From Camelus dromedarius (lineage: Eukaryota), in the NCBI RefSeq assembly GCF_036321535.1, contig NC_087436.1, forward strand, positions 77,874,001 to 77,938,000: a DNA stretch of 64,000 bases, in the 5' to 3' direction. Shown one piece after another: positions 60,164 through 64,000 of the stretch. Positions within the stretch are counted from its first letter, which is position 1; every line of letters begins with the position of its first letter. The position numbers and the translations under genes were made by a program. The notes beneath the pieces were generated by a model, which was given only the letters and a program-made list of their open reading frames with translations, was not told the origin of the DNA and ran no database searches.

Positions 60164-60580
60164 TGGACGTAGAGATGATCATACTAAGTGAAGTAAGCCA
60201 GACAGAGAAAGACAAATATCATATGCTATCACTTATATGTGGAATCTAAAAGAATGACATGAATGAACTTATTTACAAAACACAAACAGACTTACAGACA
60301 TAGAAAACAAAATTATGGTTACTAAAGGGGGAAGGGTGGGGGAGGGTTAAATTAGGAATTTGGGATTAGCAGACACAAATTACTATATATAAAATAGATA
60401 AACAAGGTCCTAATGTATAGCACAGGGAATTATATTGAACAGTTTGTAATGAAAAGAATATGAAAAAGAATATATATATATATGTGTATAACTGAATCAC
60501 TGTGCTGTACACCAGAAACTAACACAACACTGTAAATCAACTACACTTCAATAAAAACAAAATAAAAAAAAAAAAAAGAG
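60164..60580 (+). mobile_element. L1 3' end in intron 4
   Basis: ORF2 tail plus 3' UTR and poly(A). TSD aaccacatata at 60153-60163 and 60581-60591. Confidence 0.92.
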
Positions 60581-61469
60581 AACCACATATAACTAATGTT
60601 CTCTGGGCTGGCACAAAAATGTACTGGTTTTCTTTTGGTAGATTAAAATGCATTGATCTCAAGTCAGAGCATCCTTTTCCTAATACTTTTTTTTAAGGGT
60701 CACCTTCATGATTTCTTCACGTGTCATTCCCAATCTCATCAGTCTAAGGGCACAGACGGCTACCTGACAGAAATACACCATTACTGCCTTCTAGGTAAGT
60801 TATGATACCCGTATCAGAGAAAGGCACACAGGCTAATTCAATGCTAACGTGGTCCCTAAGTTAATAGCTCCAAAGGACAGTCCCAATGAATTTACAGATA
60901 TCGAAAGCCCTATGTTCATGCTTCACTGACTAATCAGCTCCTTTTCAAAAGGCACCACAATCTCATTTTCTGAGATTAATTATCTGAAAAATAAATGGTA
61001 TCTGACCTAAAAGTATAAGAACCATCTTTTTTTTTTTAACAGAAGTAATTTGGTTTACCAGAGCGTATTTCAAAACTTTAAATGAACAGCATACTTAAGC
61101 CAAGGAAAATTATAAACACATCTGGAAATGATTAATTCTCACATAGTCAAGGCAAAGAAAGCACACACAGCCTTCTTTCTTTTCCTCTACTTGTCTGGTG
61201 TATATTCCTCTGAGTTCTTCAAACTGGTCTATTAGATGACCTTTTTTCTTCTCTGTCTTCACAGACCACCCTAAAATCACTAATGAAATACCTAAGTGTT
61301 TAAAAAAATGAGCCTTCAAAGAACCTATCTTCCACACAGCATTAAGGTTATCAGTTTAGAAGATGCTATCTATTTAGTAATCTGCCTGTCACTCAAAGAA
61401 AATGCCTCTTTCTTTGGAATCCGAAGCAGTTAAGGCCAAATTGAGGGCTATTTAAATCCCTTGCTGGGG

Positions 61470-61805
61470 GTAGGGAGTGGGCAGAATGGGTGAGGAGGGT
61501 CAAAAGGTAGAAACTTCCAGTTATAAAGTAAGTCCAAGGGATGTCATGTACAGCATGGCGCCTATGGTTAACGATACTGTGTTGTATATTTCAAAGTTGC
61601 TAAGAGAGTAGATCTTAAAAATTATCACAAGAAAAAGATTTGTAACTATGTAAGGTGACAGATGTTAACTAGACTTACTGTGGTGATCATTTTGCAGTAT
61701 ACACAAGTATTGAATCATTATGTTGTATACCTAAAACTAACATAATGTTAAATGTCAATTTTACCACGATAAAAATAAAACAAAATTTTAATAAAATAAA
61801 ATAAA
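61470..61805 (+). mobile_element. Older L1 (L1MA/MB-like) 3' UTR
   Basis: aaagttgctaagagagtagatcttaaaa...gatgttaactagacttactgtggtgatcattttgcagtatacac, followed by an A-rich tail. Confidence 0.8.
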
Positions 61806-62789
61806 GCCCTCATCCTTATCTCCCTTGCTTCTTCTACTTTCATAATCTTGGGTTACATCAAAAAAAAAATCTAGGAACTTAAAATGGTTTCTTTGGTCTT
61901 CTGTTCCAAATGTCATTAATAAATGCTCCCAGGTGATTCTGACATGCAGCAAATTTTGAGAACCAATGCTCTAGTAGCACATCTGGTGGAAGATTCTTAT
62001 TCTACACTTTAAAAAATGCTTTTTTAGGGAAGAAGTAGAGGAATGTACAGTGGAGGATTCAGCTAGTGAGCAAAAAGCAGCAAAATATAAGGGGGAAATG
62101 TATATAATGTGTGTAATATGTACATAACATATGTATATAATGTATATATTAGGGTATAGGGGAAAAGCTATTCAAATAACGAAGTACTAGTCTCTGTGTG
62201 TATGTGTGTGTGCGTGTGTGTGTGTGAGTCTGAGAGAGACAGCAGGAAGATGCAGGCATGTGACCTTTTAAACGTTTGCTGCTACCATTTGGTCCCATTT
62301 GAGAAACCAAGCTCCGTGTTACTAGGCATGCTTCCTTACCGAATCATATATTGCTAAATAAGTACTTATTCTTTTTAATAACTTCAAATGCCAGTGACAG
62401 TAATTACCTGGCAAATAAAGATAGAATAAAGATCAGTCCTTTAAGGAAGAGAAAATTGCATTCTACCCACTACAGTCATTTGTCATGTAATTCAATCATT
62501 AGTTTCATTTCAGCTTTCTTGCAGGCAAGTCCTAATAAACCACTTCATTTTGGGCAAAACTCTAGAGGGGAAACATATTAAGCCATATTAGGCGGAACTG
62601 TCCTACCAAATTCAGAACCCATCTCAATTATACACAGGGCACACCTGGATCCACTGACTGCCAAAAAAAAAAAAATCCCTAAAGTCCCAGGCAAGAAGCA
62701 ACAAGTCCCAACCCAAGCTCACACTCCTTCCCACGGAGGGAGATAATTTTTTCAGTAGAGGAAAATTTTTTTTTCCTATTTCCTAACTG

Positions 62790-63200
62790 ATTAGTTTGTT
62801 CACTCATTCGTTCATTCATTCATTCAAATACACCTAAGTGCCTATTAAATGCCAGGCACTGGGCTAGGAGCTAAGGATGCTGCGTGAACAAAAGAGGCAC
62901 AGCAGGGAGTCTAGTGGGGAAAACAAGCCATAAAGAAAGCAAGCAATGACTAATCACAGAGGGCTATGAAGGTAACAGTGGTGACGGCCAATAATAGGGG
63001 TGGGCAATGATCGTGGCTGGGGTGGTGAGGGAAGGTCTCTCTGAGGACAGACACTTAAGCATGTGATAGAAGCAAGAACTGAGGGAAAAAGCATCCATCA
63101 CAAAAGTTTAGAACTGAAAGGGGCATTACTACAGGGAAGTTACCTCTATGATTTAAGAAATGAAGAAGGGGCAGGGAATTTAGGAGACTCACCAAAGCAC
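62790..63200 (-). mobile_element. L2 3' end remnant
   Basis: (CATT)n tail followed by aagtgcctattaaatgccaggcactgggctagg, the classic antisense L2 end. Confidence 0.75.
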
Positions 63201-64000
63201 TCAGATCAATCAGCCAAGTGTGGACCCAACTCCAAATACTGGATATAAGTAGCTGAAGGAACATCTCACTGGGAAACCCAACCTGATCAAGGCAGGTGAC
63301 AACTCTCCACTCAAGCCTCAGGTGAACCAGCTTCTTGGTTAGACCTGGCTCATCTTCTCATCTCTTTCCACACTCAAAACCATCTGAAAACCTCAAGGTT
63401 TATCAAGGATTTGTTATTAACACAGGAGGGCTGATAAGAAGCCGAGGCACAAGGCTGTCTGGTGCCCTGGCCTGGTTCCACCCAATTCCTGAGTAGCTTG
63501 ATCCTGTTAAAAGGATCAGATGCAATCTGGTCAACACAGGTAGAAATGACCCCCTCATGGGCTCCCATGACAGGAACAAAAAGCCATCCATTTGGCATTT
63601 TATCTGAAAAAGATTCTTAAGGTGCTCCTCTGGGGAAGAACCAAGTCACTATTTCTACCTTTTAAAAAGGCAATAGAGGGGAGGTCAGTTAACTGCCATA
63701 CCAAGTTAAGTTGTAATTAATTGTACCTAAATGTTTCTTAACTGAAATGAAACAATGACTGAGACACGGCTCAACCTTCACACGAGAAAAAGTCCTTATG
63801 ATGCCACTAATCTTTTGAGCAGCTTTTCATAAACTTAGGTCACTAAGCCAGCGCACACCCTGCCAAGCAAACCAACAGCTCACCCTGTGAAGATAAAATT
63901 TACTTACAAGACTATGATGCTTAACTTTTGCCTTTGTGAGTGAAGGACCTACCAATTCCTACCTGGTAGAACCTGTTATGCGCAAACTAGCAAAACGATT

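Noticed and set aside
63875..63970. Acceptor followed by donor-like motifs on the minus strand (cttcacag-g-gtgag; ctaccag-gtagg) as a recursive splice site or microexon
   Set aside because: The first has a 1-nt spacer and the second lacks a polypyrimidine tract. Such motifs are expected by chance and there is no independent support.
59837..64000. RASGEF1B exon 4 or earlier exons
   Set aside because: The expected upstream peptide (…APKILQLLTEW…) was not found; this stretch is intronic and those exons lie beyond the window.
1..64000. CRISPR array, prokaryotic-type operon or other novel multi-gene system
   Set aside because: The sequence is mammalian intron and intergenic DNA. No regularly spaced repeat-spacer array or gene-dense cluster is present, and the dispersed repeats are explained by known retroelement and DNA transposon classes.

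Overview
Mammalian genomic DNA, most likely from a camelid (alpaca, llama or camel). That call is inferred from six copies of a short tRNA-derived SINE resembling the Tylopoda vic-1 family and from cetartiodactyl-type L1 3' ends. The right third holds the 3' part of RASGEF1B on the minus strand. I mapped ten coding exons by hand (59836 down to 42964; numbered 5-14 by analogy with human). All have GT-AG boundaries and compatible phases and give 981 nt, i.e. 326 aa plus TAA, covering the RasGEF/CDC25 domain and C-terminus. A ~1.2 kb 3' UTR follows; the upstream exons lie beyond base 64000. Bases 1 to ~41700 appear intergenic and repeat-rich: a 2.9 kb decayed L1, many short L1 3' ends with TSDs, solo LTRs, MaLR/MLT1, hAT and Tigger MITEs, L2 and MIR. 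Nearly all ORFs in the supplied track are spurious. I found no evidence of a new multi-gene system. The best second-look items are a ~90 nt retroposed mRNA-like 3' end nested in the L1, an L1 that appears polyadenylated early, inverted repeat pairs around in-frame exon blocks (circRNA/editing hypothesis), a missing tandem splice acceptor, and a few CTCF, CRE and NF-kB motifs. Repeat family names come from recalled consensus sequences, not from a database search.
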